Made by a program: the position numbers and the translations under genes
The notes under the pieces: generated by a model
The model's input: the letters and a program-made list of their open reading frames with translations, nothing else
What the model was told of the DNA's origin: nothing
Database searches by the model: none
From: a virus
Virus genome (UHGV): UHGV-0390817
Strand: one strand, 5' to 3'
DNA length: 42,021 bases
Shown: positions 1-7,920 of the stretch, in pieces
Position numbering within the stretch: the stretch's first letter is position 1
How the letters are laid out: every line of letters begins with the position of its first letter

Positions 1-18
1 CCTGCGCCCGCATACGCG

Positions 19-32
19 TATATATATATATA
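19..32. repeat. (TA)7 dinucleotide tract in the AT-rich region upstream of the first gene; part of the putative origin region if the sequence is circular
   Basis: The sequence tatatatatatata is read directly at 19-32. Confidence 0.6.
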
Positions 33-79
33 GAATGCTGTAGCCCGTTGTTGCCAAGGGATAAAGAGGAGGCGCCAAA

Positions 80-436
80 ATGCTAGAAAAAGAGCTTGAA
101 AAGAAATTCACGGAAGCAGTGAAGAAATGTGGCGGTATCGCATTCAAATTTGTCTCCCCCGGTAATGCCGGCGTGCCGGACCGGCTGGTGGTCCTTCCTG
201 GAGGCCGCATCGGGTTCGTGGAGCTTAAACAGGAGGGGAAGAAAGCGACAGTACTGCAGAGTAAAAGGATACATGCCCTAAGGGAACTGGGGTGCGCAGC
301 TTGTGTGCTTGACCGGGAGCCAGATATAGGCAGGGCAATCATGTACATAGCGTCAGATGCGGGAAAGGATCCGGCCTGGCAGGACTGGAAACTGAAGGAA
401 TTCCTTGAGGAATCGAGAAAGCGGGAGCAGCCATGA
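80..436 (+). CDS. VRR-NUC domain nuclease (PD-(D/E)XK fold)
   Basis: 118 aa with the motif GVPDRLVVLPGGRIGFVELK, typical of the VRR-NUC family. The RBS aagaggagg lies upstream of the ATG. The gene sits immediately upstream of, and translationally coupled to, an SNF2 helicase, as is common in phage replication modules. Confidence 0.7.
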   Translation: MLEKELEKKFTEAVKKCGGIAFKFVSPGNAGVPDRLVVLPGGRIGFVELKQEGKKATVLQSKRIHALRELGCAACVLDREPDIGRAIMYIASDAGKDPAWQDWKLKEFLEESRKREQP

Positions 437-1806
437 AGTTTGTACCGCACGATTACCAGAGATACTGCATCAACCGTATGATAACGGACCCTGCCCTGGG
501 GCTGTTTCTGGACATGGGCCTTGGGAAGACCGTGATTACCCTGACCGCGGTCAATGACCTTCGGTATAACCGTTTTGAGGTCGGGAAGTCGTTGGTAATA
601 GCACCCAAGAAAGTGGCGGAGGATACCTGGACCCGAGAGGCCGGGAAATGGGACCATCTGAAACTGCTTCGGATTATCCCCGTGCTTGGCAGCAGAGAAA
701 AGCGGATAAAGGCCCTTAATACCCCGGGAGATGTGTATGTGCTGAGCCGGGATAACGTGCAATGGCTTGTGGACCATTACCGCAACGCCTGGCCGTTTGA
801 CACGGTAATCATAGATGAGCTGTCCAGTTTCAAGAATCCGCAGGCCAAGCGTTTCAAGAGCCTGTGCCTGGTGAGGAACCACATACGCCGAATTTATGGG
901 CTGACCGGTACACCGGCGCCAAACGGCCTTCTGGACCTGTGGTCACAGATATACCTGCTTGACCAGGGACAGCGGCTGGGGACAAGGATAGGCCAATACA
1001 GGGATGAATACTTCTCCCCGGCATCCAGGAACCGGGACACCATCTTTTCATACGCGCCATTGCCAGGGGCCGACCAAGTGATCCAACAGCAGATAGCGGA
1101 TATCTGTATTAGCCTCCAGGCTAAGGATTACCTGCAGCTTCCGGAGCGCATCGATAATATCATACACGTCCGGTTAAACGCCAAGGAGCAGGTAGCCTAT
1201 GAGAAGTTTGAGCAGGAGATGCTTCTGGAGGTGGACGAGGCCACGCTGGATGCGGGATCCGCGGCTGTGCTGACCGGGAAGCTCCTCCAGTTCTGTAATG
1301 GCGCGGTATATGACGATGACAAGAATGCAGTGGAGGTCCATGGTGAGAAGCTGGAGGCATTCAAGGAGATTGTGGAAGGCAGCCAGGGGAAACCGATACT
1401 GGTATTCTACAACTTCCAGCATGACAAGTCCCGTATCATCAAGTGCCTTCCGAAGGGACTTAGGGTAGCGGAACTTAAGGGCCCGGGCGTAATCAGCCAG
1501 TGGAATGAGCGGAAGATAGATGTACTCCTGGCGCATCCGGCAAGTGCCGCTTACGGACTCAATCTCCAGGCGGGTGGAAACATCATAGTATGGTTTGGCC
1601 TTAATTGGTCCCTGGAACTGTATCAACAGGCAAATGCCAGGCTGCACAGGCAGGGACAGACGGATAATGTTATCATACACCATTTGATTGTATCCGGATG
1701 CATGGATGAGGATGTCATGGCAGCCCTGCAGAATAAGCAGGTTACCCAGGATTCATTGCTTACGGCCCTTAAAGCCAGAATAAGCAGAGTGAAAGGGGAA
1801 AAGTGA
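433..1806 (+). CDS. SNF2-family (DEAD/DEAH-like) phage helicase
   Basis: 457 aa. Walker A-like LDMGLGKTV, the DEAH-like box IIDELSSFKN and C-terminal helicase motifs (LLAHPASAAYGLNLQ, HRQGQT) are present. The start overlaps the VRR-NUC stop. Confidence 0.85.
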   Translation: MKFVPHDYQRYCINRMITDPALGLFLDMGLGKTVITLTAVNDLRYNRFEVGKSLVIAPKKVAEDTWTREAGKWDHLKLLRIIPVLGSREKRIKALNTPGDVYVLSRDNVQWLVDHYRNAWPFDTVIIDELSSFKNPQAKRFKSLCLVRNHIRRIYGLTGTPAPNGLLDLWSQIYLLDQGQRLGTRIGQYRDEYFSPASRNRDTIFSYAPLPGADQVIQQQIADICISLQAKDYLQLPERIDNIIHVRLNAKEQVAYEKFEQEMLLEVDEATLDAGSAAVLTGKLLQFCNGAVYDDDKNAVEVHGEKLEAFKEIVEGSQGKPILVFYNFQHDKSRIIKCLPKGLRVAELKGPGVISQWNERKIDVLLAHPASAAYGLNLQAGGNIIVWFGLNWSLELYQQANARLHRQGQTDNVIIHHLIVSGCMDEDVMAALQNKQVTQDSLLTALKARISRVKGEK

Positions 1807-2264
1807 TGGAGGAAGTTAAGAAAACAGGATTGACCTTTATAGATACCAGGCGGCTGGCCAATATAGCCTACAAGGATATCAAAAATGGTTTTGTAGGCTT
1901 CGGTTATTACCTGAAAATCATCCGGGATGAAAAGCTGTGGCAGGGACAAGGTTACGACAGCTTTAACGAGTTTTTGGGTGATGAATATGGCAAGGACAAG
2001 TCCTGGGCGTCCAGGTGCATCAACCTGTACGATAAGTTCGGCATTCCGATAGAGCCGGGGGAGCTGCCCAGGTTGGAAGAACAGTATGAGGTGTACAACG
2101 TCAGTCAGCTGATAGAGATGCTCCCCATGAGTGAGGAGCTGAGGGAGCAGGTCACCCCTGATATGAAGATACCTGTTATCAGGGCAATGAAGCCGAAAAA
2201 AGAGAAAAAAGTTGCTCCGGAAGAAAAAGATACTGGTGGCAGCTCTTGCGGGTATGCTGTGTAA
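1806..2264 (+). CDS. hypothetical phage protein
   Basis: ORF with the RBS aaagggga and an ATG overlapping the helicase stop. No motif is recognised. Confidence 0.45.
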   Translation: MEEVKKTGLTFIDTRRLANIAYKDIKNGFVGFGYYLKIIRDEKLWQGQGYDSFNEFLGDEYGKDKSWASRCINLYDKFGIPIEPGELPRLEEQYEVYNVSQLIEMLPMSEELREQVTPDMKIPVIRAMKPKKEKKVAPEEKDTGGSSCGYAV

Positions 2265-2628
2265 TCTGGAAGAACCGGAGCCAGAAGAACCCAAACAGCC
2301 AGCGCTTCCGGTGCTTAAGAACAATGACCAACGGGCTGCCTTTGTGGATGCATATGAGACGTGGCCGTTATGGATTGAAACAGAGCAGACCGGGGAGCGG
2401 TACTACCGGTATGACCTGGAGGACGGCACCAGCATGGTGGTGAAGGTATACCACGCAAGGATATTCGATGGATATGCGTCAGGAAGCTATGAGGCCAAAT
2501 ATCATGATGGTTACGGCCGGCATGAGTACTATATGCTGCGGGATGGGAAGTTATTCCGGGATTGTGAGACGAACCGGGGATTATTGATTGAGAAACTGAA
2601 AGAGATTCAGAAGGTGAAGAAAGGATAG
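2212..2628 (+). CDS. hypothetical protein with a signal-peptide-like N-terminus (MLRKKKILVAALAGMLC). The start is uncertain and the gene overlaps the previous ORF by 53 nt.
   Basis: ORF track. A K-rich n-region is followed by a hydrophobic stretch and a Cys. The TTG start has only a weak purine-rich RBS. Confidence 0.35.
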   Translation: MLRKKKILVAALAGMLCNLEEPEPEEPKQPALPVLKNNDQRAAFVDAYETWPLWIETEQTGERYYRYDLEDGTSMVVKVYHARIFDGYASGSYEAKYHDGYGRHEYYMLRDGKLFRDCETNRGLLIEKLKEIQKVKKG

Positions 2629-2636
2629 GATGTACT

Positions 2637-3284
2637 ATGTCAGAAAAAATGATTGAAAACAACAAGGTAAGTGTAATTGGTGAGATTGTATCGGAATTTA
2701 CCTTTAGCCATGAGGCTTTTGGAGAAGGCTTTTATATGGTGGATGTTGCTGTGAGGCGGCTCAGTGGCCAGGAGGATATCCTACCGTTAATGGTGTCCGA
2801 ACGTCTGCTGGATGTGCGCCGGGATTATTCCGGGGGTACGATGGAGGCCATTGGCCAGTTCCGTTCCTATAACCGCCATGAGGGCATCAGAAACCGCCTG
2901 GAGTTGTCCGTTTTTGTCCGGGAAGTCCGTTTCATGGAAGAATTTACAGATTATACAAAAACAAACAGGATATCCCTGGACGGCTATATCTGTAAGCCGC
3001 CGGTTTATCGCAGGACTCCCCTGGGACGAGAGATTGCGGACATCCTTCTGGCCGTCAACCGACCATATGGCAAGTCTGATTACATACCATGCATTAGCTG
3101 GGCCCGGAATGCCCGGTATGCATCCGGTCTTGAGGTGGGGAGTAGGGTCAGGACATGGGGCCGGGTACAGAGTAGGGAATATGTGAAGCAACTAAGTGAG
3201 GCCGAGTGTGAGAAACGGATTGCGTATGAAGTCTCAATCAGCAGACTGGAGGAGGTTAAGGATTATGTTCGTGAAACAGATTGA
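2637..3284 (+). CDS. putative ssDNA-binding or OB-fold protein with two repeated OB-like segments
   Basis: 215 aa. The N-terminus NNKVSVIGEIVSEFTF...MVDVAVRR resembles SSB or PriB-type OB folds, and a second similar segment lies in the C-terminal half. The gene is in the replication module. Confidence 0.4.
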   Translation: MSEKMIENNKVSVIGEIVSEFTFSHEAFGEGFYMVDVAVRRLSGQEDILPLMVSERLLDVRRDYSGGTMEAIGQFRSYNRHEGIRNRLELSVFVREVRFMEEFTDYTKTNRISLDGYICKPPVYRRTPLGREIADILLAVNRPYGKSDYIPCISWARNARYASGLEVGSRVRTWGRVQSREYVKQLSEAECEKRIAYEVSISRLEEVKDYVRETD

Positions 3285-3702
3285 TATGATAGAGGCCTTG
3301 CGGCTGGCTGCCGTAGGCCAGGAGATTAATATTATGGCGCCGAATACCTCGGAGCCGAAACGATGGGCGGACTATTCCCCGGATACACTGCAAAACCTGC
3401 TGGAGGGCTGCCTGTTCTTCCGGAACGAACCTGCAATGGATAATTTCGAGCTTGAACGTATGATGCGTGGTGCCCCCCCCATTGACAAAAATAAAAGCGG
3501 ATCCAGGGATTCCGGCGTGGAAGATAGGTCCGCAGTGGACGGTCATCCCAAACGGGCCAAGAGGGTAGACAAAGGCAAGGTGATGGCGCTGCATGAAGCA
3601 GGCCGGAGCAACCGGTGGATTGCGGATGATATGGGGCTGCATGAAGGGACAGTGTGCAGAGTTCTAAAGGAGATGAAGGAGGAGAACCGTGAGAAAGATT
3701 AA
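3265..3702 (+). CDS. hypothetical protein with a C-terminal helix-turn-helix
   Basis: The RBS aggagg precedes the ATG at 3265. The C-terminus KVMALHEAGRSNRWIADDMGLHEGTVCRVLKE looks like an HTH. Confidence 0.5.
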   Translation: MFVKQIDMIEALRLAAVGQEINIMAPNTSEPKRWADYSPDTLQNLLEGCLFFRNEPAMDNFELERMMRGAPPIDKNKSGSRDSGVEDRSAVDGHPKRAKRVDKGKVMALHEAGRSNRWIADDMGLHEGTVCRVLKEMKEENREKD

Positions 3703-3940
3703 ATTATTCCCGGCGCCGCATACGGAGCTGCGCCTGGATGTGTCGGACGAGATGGAGAAGGATTACCAGGAGTGCCGAAGGATGGCACAGTCGTGGGATG
3801 ATGGTAAGGACTGCGATACCTGCAGCTGGAGAACAGTGGCGATAGAGGACACCGGGTTGTGTGAGTGGCCCGAGGTAATAAGGCAGATGGACAAGGAACT
3901 TGTGAAGGAACCTGGGGATGCCGGTTGTAATCAGAATTAG
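3689..3940 (+). CDS. hypothetical protein
   Basis: 83-aa ORF overlapping the upstream stop and on the same strand as its neighbours. Confidence 0.4.
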   Translation: MRKIKLFPAPHTELRLDVSDEMEKDYQECRRMAQSWDDGKDCDTCSWRTVAIEDTGLCEWPEVIRQMDKELVKEPGDAGCNQN

Positions 3941-3961
3941 AATTTGGAGGAGGAAAAATAA

Positions 3962-4162
3962 ATGAAATTATATCAGGGCAACGCAAAAGACCTTGTGGGT
4001 AAAAAAATCGACTGCAAAGTACGAAGATTTGGCTATTATCCCATGACTGTCATAGAAATTAACGGTGAACTATACGTGAAAGATGCGGTGGGTGCCTGTA
4101 TGTCAATTCCGGAAAAAGAGACAGATTTTAACTGTCACTGGTTTGATTTTGTTATCGACTAG
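3962..4162 (+). CDS. hypothetical protein
   Basis: The RBS ggaggagg precedes the ATG. 66 aa. Confidence 0.45.
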   Translation: MKLYQGNAKDLVGKKIDCKVRRFGYYPMTVIEINGELYVKDAVGACMSIPEKETDFNCHWFDFVID

Positions 4163-4191
4163 ATACTTTGATACGAAAGGAGAAGCAGGAG

Positions 4192-4332
4192 ATGTGCAAG
4201 GAGTGTATTAAAAAGGTACTTGAATGGTACAGCTTTGGCATCATCGTAGGAGCAGGATTTTATATAGGACTGAATCTTGCAGTACAGCTCCTAAAGGTGG
4301 TAACAGACGTAATGAGGCAGTGGTGCCTATGA
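4192..4332 (+). CDS. small single-TM protein (46 aa) translationally coupled to the next gene
   Basis: The RBS aaaggagaagcaggag precedes the ATG at 4192. A hydrophobic segment FGIIVGAGFYIGLNLAVQLL is present. The stop overlaps the next ATG as ATGA. This ORF is not in the track because it is under 60 aa. Confidence 0.3.
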   Translation: MCKECIKKVLEWYSFGIIVGAGFYIGLNLAVQLLKVVTDVMRQWCL

Positions 4333-4547
4333 GAAAGAAAAGCAGTAAGCAGTCCAAGGTCAGCCGCATCGACCGCAGCAAGGCCCTGGCCGCCCAGGCG
4401 GACGAGGCAATCAAGGAGCGTATCCGAACGGCGCCAGCCTACATGTACACCAGCCTGTGCCCGGTTCCGGGACTGCGCAGGCTGCCGAAGGGAGTGATAC
4501 GGTACTATGAGACAATGCTACATAGACAACGGGCATCACGGGTGTGA
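4329..4547 (+). CDS. small basic hypothetical protein
   Basis: Internal ATG of the track ORF 4224..4547, coupled to the upstream small ORF. Confidence 0.4.
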   Translation: MRKKSSKQSKVSRIDRSKALAAQADEAIKERIRTAPAYMYTSLCPVPGLRRLPKGVIRYYETMLHRQRASRV

Positions 4548-4621
4548 TGGCCAGCGCAACAACAAGGGCAGGATACGGTACGGGTGCTGGGCGTGCCCGT
4601 ACCTGGATGCGGGAGGAGGTG

Positions 4622-5128
4622 ATGCCGGTGAAACAGACGGTAGCATTGGAGGAAGTGGCCAGGCTGGCCGCAAGGGAAGCCCTTAAGGAGCATGAGAAGC
4701 AACTCCGGAGGGAAAAGAGAATAAAGGTATTCCAGAACACCAAGAAGCTGATGGAGAATTATAACCGCATCTGTCAGAGCGTGGAGGAGGGAGTGGCAGA
4801 ACTGTCCGACATGGATAATGGCGATGAACTGGAGGAGTTCACAGAGGAAGATATCTTTATCAACAGTATCCTCAAGAGCAAGCTCCGGAGTATTGTCATG
4901 ATAGGACACATAGACAAGTGCTTGAGGCTCCTGGAGGATGAGGAGTGTCGGAAGAATACGCATGAGAAGTATCTGGCATTCAAGTATTTCTATCTGGATG
5001 GGATGACATACGAAAGTATTGCAGAGATTTACGGATATGGGGAGCGGACAGCCAGGCGGTGGATAACGGAACTTACGGGGATTCTTAGTGTATATCTCTT
5101 TGGGGCTGATGCCCTCATGCTGGATTAG
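4622..5128 (+). CDS. ArpU/RinA-like phage late transcriptional regulator with a sigma-70 region-4-like HTH
   Basis: The C-terminus YLDGMTYESIAEIYGYGERTARRWITEL is a region-4-type HTH. Its position, upstream of the packaging genes, is typical of ArpU-family activators in Firmicutes phages. The start is taken at the ATG after the RBS gggaggaggtg; the track ORF begins at 4544. Confidence 0.55.
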   Translation: MPVKQTVALEEVARLAAREALKEHEKQLRREKRIKVFQNTKKLMENYNRICQSVEEGVAELSDMDNGDELEEFTEEDIFINSILKSKLRSIVMIGHIDKCLRLLEDEECRKNTHEKYLAFKYFYLDGMTYESIAEIYGYGERTARRWITELTGILSVYLFGADALMLD

Positions 5129-5132
5129 ATAC

Positions 5133-5150
5133 TTGACAGGAGCGTGTCAA
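5133..5150. promoter_or_regulatory. palindrome TTGACA-N6-TGTCAA, followed by further TGTC repeats; a possible operator overlapping a promoter
   Basis: The sequence is read directly, and TGTCC, TTGTCA and TGTCC follow at 5156-5170. Confidence 0.35.
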
Positions 5151-5160
5151 AATCGTGTCC

Positions 5161-5189
5161 TTGTCATGTCCGTTTGGATGATTTATAAT
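5161..5189 (+). promoter_or_regulatory. sigma-A-like promoter: -35 TTGTCA, 17-bp spacer, -10 TATAAT
   Basis: Near-consensus hexamers with 17-bp spacing, just downstream of the late regulator gene. Confidence 0.4.
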
Positions 5190-5254
5190 TGTAATATGCA
5201 GAATTGGATGAAGCGGAAAGCTGATTGATTTTGCACCCTCCCCCACAAATAGCG

Positions 5255-5296
5255 GCTACCAGGCGTTACAGCCTGGTGGCTGATTAGCCGGTTTTT
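5255..5296 (+). terminator. putative intrinsic terminator after the late regulator gene
   Basis: A 10-bp stem GCTACCAGGC/GCCTGGTGGC with one G-U pair and a 6-nt loop. A small GGCT/AGCC hairpin and GGTTTTT follow. Confidence 0.4.
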
Positions 5297-5468
5297 GTGT
5301 AATCCCTCATAAGACAGGCCTGTACTTTAACGGGACAATGCCGCAGGGTATGCAAGCAGTGATGTATCTGGTTTTATCCCCCATGACGTTTTCCAGATAC
5401 GATTAGGGCATCCTAGAGATAGGGTGTCCTTTTATTATGAGTAGCTTATACTCATTAAATATTCTAAT

Positions 5469-5497
5469 TTGACAGAATCGAACATTTGTTCTATACT
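5469..5497 (+). promoter_or_regulatory. promoter of the accessory island: -35 TTGACA, 17-bp spacer, -10 TATACT
   Basis: Consensus -35, exact 17-bp spacer and a 5/6 match at -10. A second extended -10 TGaTATAAT lies at 5586-5594, just before the RBS gggggac and the ATG at 5626. Confidence 0.55.
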
Positions 5498-5625
5498 GTG
5501 GTTACGAAGAGAAGATGTGGATGTGTTTTTGTAAGATTTGTGGAATTGGGAGGGGGATATTTGTATATTCTTTCCATTCGGTGTGTGATATAATGTAAGA
5601 AAAACGTCGAATTGGGGGACATAAA

Positions 5626-6609
5626 ATGGATAAAAAGCAAAGTGCAAATAATGAGAAAAAGGTATCAGTGGCTAATTTTAATGTAGTTTTTATGGGGGAC
5701 AAAGATGAGAGTCCGTTACTGGATTATTTTGACACTATTTTAATGCCGGCTTTGAAAAGTGGAATTACAAGAAGCCAAGGGGATAATACCTATTTGCTTA
5801 TGGATATTGAAGTTAATCAGGATACGGATTGTGAATATATATTGACAGGGTTGATTGTTAAAAGTACAGTTCTTGAAGTTAAATCTATGTTTGATGAGAA
5901 CGGGAATTTGGTCGAAAGAAATGATGTTTATCCAACGGCTCCATTTTCTACTTTTATAATTTACCTAAAAAATCATAGAATGATTTTAGTTGAAAATCAA
6001 AAAGGAAGTCCATCTTTGGACAGCTTCCGCTCAACTGTTAAGTATGTTTTAGATACGTACGTTGCAAGAGAGAACCATGCAAGAATGGAGCAGGAGAAAG
6101 AGCAGCTTCCAATTCCTCTTGTCAGTGTCGTGGGAATACCGCCTAAGGGTGGCATGATAGCGGCATTAAAACAGGTAGAAAAAATTTCAACATTGACTTT
6201 GAAGTTTTATCCGTTGAATGGTGATGGAGATATAGATTTATCTGAGATAATGAGCGGGATATCAAAAGAATTGCGTAGAAAAATAGGAAGTGATCGGGGA
6301 TCGGTAACATACCGATCACCAAAGAATATTAATGGAGTTATAGAGGTAGTAGAGGCAGCGGAAGGTACAGTTGAGCCTATTGTGGTGGCGAAGTATCCAG
6401 GAAGAAAAGGGGAATCCACGATTAAGTATAATGAAATATCTGATAGGAGAAAAATGCGCGTACCCGATGGAGAGAGAAATGCAGAGTTATCCAGCATGAT
6501 TAATCAGGGAAAAGAAATTGACAGTATAAATTATACTAGTGAGGAAAATAATAAAATATATTTGAGAAATCAAGGGAAAATAATAAAATTTGTTCGTAAG
6601 GAAAAATAA
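5626..6609 (+). CDS. unknown 327-aa cytoplasmic protein, first gene of the AT-rich accessory operon; candidate defence or abortive-infection component
   Basis: Clear RBS and ATG. GC content is far lower than the surrounding phage genes (roughly 33% against about 52%, estimated by eye). No recognisable catalytic motif. It is co-operonic with a 4-TM protein. Confidence 0.75.
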   Translation: MDKKQSANNEKKVSVANFNVVFMGDKDESPLLDYFDTILMPALKSGITRSQGDNTYLLMDIEVNQDTDCEYILTGLIVKSTVLEVKSMFDENGNLVERNDVYPTAPFSTFIIYLKNHRMILVENQKGSPSLDSFRSTVKYVLDTYVARENHARMEQEKEQLPIPLVSVVGIPPKGGMIAALKQVEKISTLTLKFYPLNGDGDIDLSEIMSGISKELRRKIGSDRGSVTYRSPKNINGVIEVVEAAEGTVEPIVVAKYPGRKGESTIKYNEISDRRKMRVPDGERNAELSSMINQGKEIDSINYTSEENNKIYLRNQGKIIKFVRKEK

Positions 6610-6631
6610 ACAATTTTGGAGGGGGATGATT

Positions 6632-7264
6632 ATGGATAATTTAAATCTTGATAATATTGAACAATTACTTCAATCTGAACCTTCTGAAAAGTTACTTTTT
6701 AAAGCAATCAAAGCTCTTAAAGTTGAAAAGAAGAATAGGAAATCACGATGGATATTAGTAGTTATATGTTGTATCCTCGGTTCCATAGTCGGAATTCATA
6801 AAGAAACAGTCACTATTTTCAGAGAAAGTATAGATGCTATTTTAAATGTTTCACTAGCACTTTTCGGAGTAATTTTCACTGGATATTCCTTGCTACAAGC
6901 CTTTATGAATAAACAGATGTTACTTCAACTTCTAAAAGACACAAAAGTATGTGACGGAGGAGAAAAGAGTAGATTACAAGATATCAATGAGAATTTTGTA
7001 TATTTAATGCTATTGTATGTTATTGCGATAATTGTAACATTGATTATGAAAATAGTGATGTTTTGTTTGCCTGACAGTTTTACATTATTTTTAAACATGA
7101 TAGTAAATAATGTGATTGCAGTAAGTTTAATTGCGGTTTATTTTATTTTTATTGGAATAATACTGTGGAGGACAGTTAGTTTCGTTTCTACAATTTTTCA
7201 ACTGTTCAATATATATGCTGTGACAAGAGTTCTTGAAATGATAGATGAGGAAGAAAAGCCATAA
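6632..7264 (+). CDS. small 4-TM membrane protein (about 210 aa), second gene of the accessory operon; candidate membrane effector
   Basis: The RBS ggaggggg precedes the ATG at 6632, 22 nt after the upstream stop. Four hydrophobic helices are present (ILVVICCILGSIVGI, NVSLALFGVIFTGYSLL, VYLMLLYVIAIIVTLIMKIVMF, VIAVSLIAVYFIFIGIILW). Confidence 0.7.
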   Translation: MDNLNLDNIEQLLQSEPSEKLLFKAIKALKVEKKNRKSRWILVVICCILGSIVGIHKETVTIFRESIDAILNVSLALFGVIFTGYSLLQAFMNKQMLLQLLKDTKVCDGGEKSRLQDINENFVYLMLLYVIAIIVTLIMKIVMFCLPDSFTLFLNMIVNNVIAVSLIAVYFIFIGIILWRTVSFVSTIFQLFNIYAVTRVLEMIDEEEKP

Positions 7265-7289
7265 TTTATCATATAAAAGGCGATGATTA

Positions 7290-7319
7290 GGGGCCACCTC
7301 CGGGCGGCTCTTTTTCTTT
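7290..7319 (+). terminator. putative intrinsic terminator closing the accessory operon
   Basis: A stem GGCCACC/GGCGGC(T)C with one A-C mismatch, followed by TTTTTCTTT. Confidence 0.4.
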
Positions 7320-7344
7320 ACCAAAACGATTGGAGGTGAGCCAG

Positions 7345-7920
7345 ATGGCATTAACGCCAAAACAGAAGATATTTGCAGATGAATACCTGATTGACCTTAA
7401 TGCCACCAGGGCTTACAAGGTTGCGTATCCGAGCTGCAAGAAGGATGAGGCCGCGGCGGTCAACGGTAGTAAGCTGCTAAGAAATACTAAGGTTGCGGAA
7501 TATATCCAGGAGCGCATGAAGGACCGGGAAAAGCGTACTGAGATTACCCAAGATTGGGTGCTGGAGGAGCTGCGGAAGATTGCCAGTGCAAACGGCACCG
7601 ATTTTGCACATGTTGTGCGGGAGCCGGTTATCCGGAACAACTCTTATGTTGTGGATCCAGATACCGGTCAGATGCAGACAAGGGATGTGGTTCGAATAAT
7701 CCCGACCGAAGAACTGCCAGAGGAGAAGCGGGCGGCTATCTCCGCAATCAAAGAAACTAAGTTTGGAATAAACGTGAAAACCTATGATAGGGTAAGAGCC
7801 CTGGAGCTCCTGGGGCGCCATCTGGGGATGTTTAAGGATAAGGTGGAGCTGTCCGGTGGCCTCGATATCGAAAAGACCAAACTGGATGACCTGCTCCAGC
7901 AGATGCGTGGCGGTGGCTAA
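7345..7920 (+). CDS. terS: terminase small subunit (Terminase_2-like)
   Basis: The N-terminus MALTPKQKIFADEYLIDLNATRAYKVAY is characteristic of this family. The RBS ggaggtg is present, and the gene immediately precedes the large terminase. Confidence 0.85.
   Translation: MALTPKQKIFADEYLIDLNATRAYKVAYPSCKKDEAAAVNGSKLLRNTKVAEYIQERMKDREKRTEITQDWVLEELRKIASANGTDFAHVVREPVIRNNSYVVDPDTGQMQTRDVVRIIPTEELPEEKRAAISAIKETKFGINVKTYDRVRALELLGRHLGMFKDKVELSGGLDIEKTKLDDLLQQMRGGG

Noticed and set aside
5461-5485. tRNA-like T-loop motif (GTTCGATTC on the minus strand) in the AT-rich leader of the island
   Set aside because: There are no flanking GG/CC acceptor or T-stem pairs and no cloverleaf can be drawn, so this is probably a chance match within promoter sequence.
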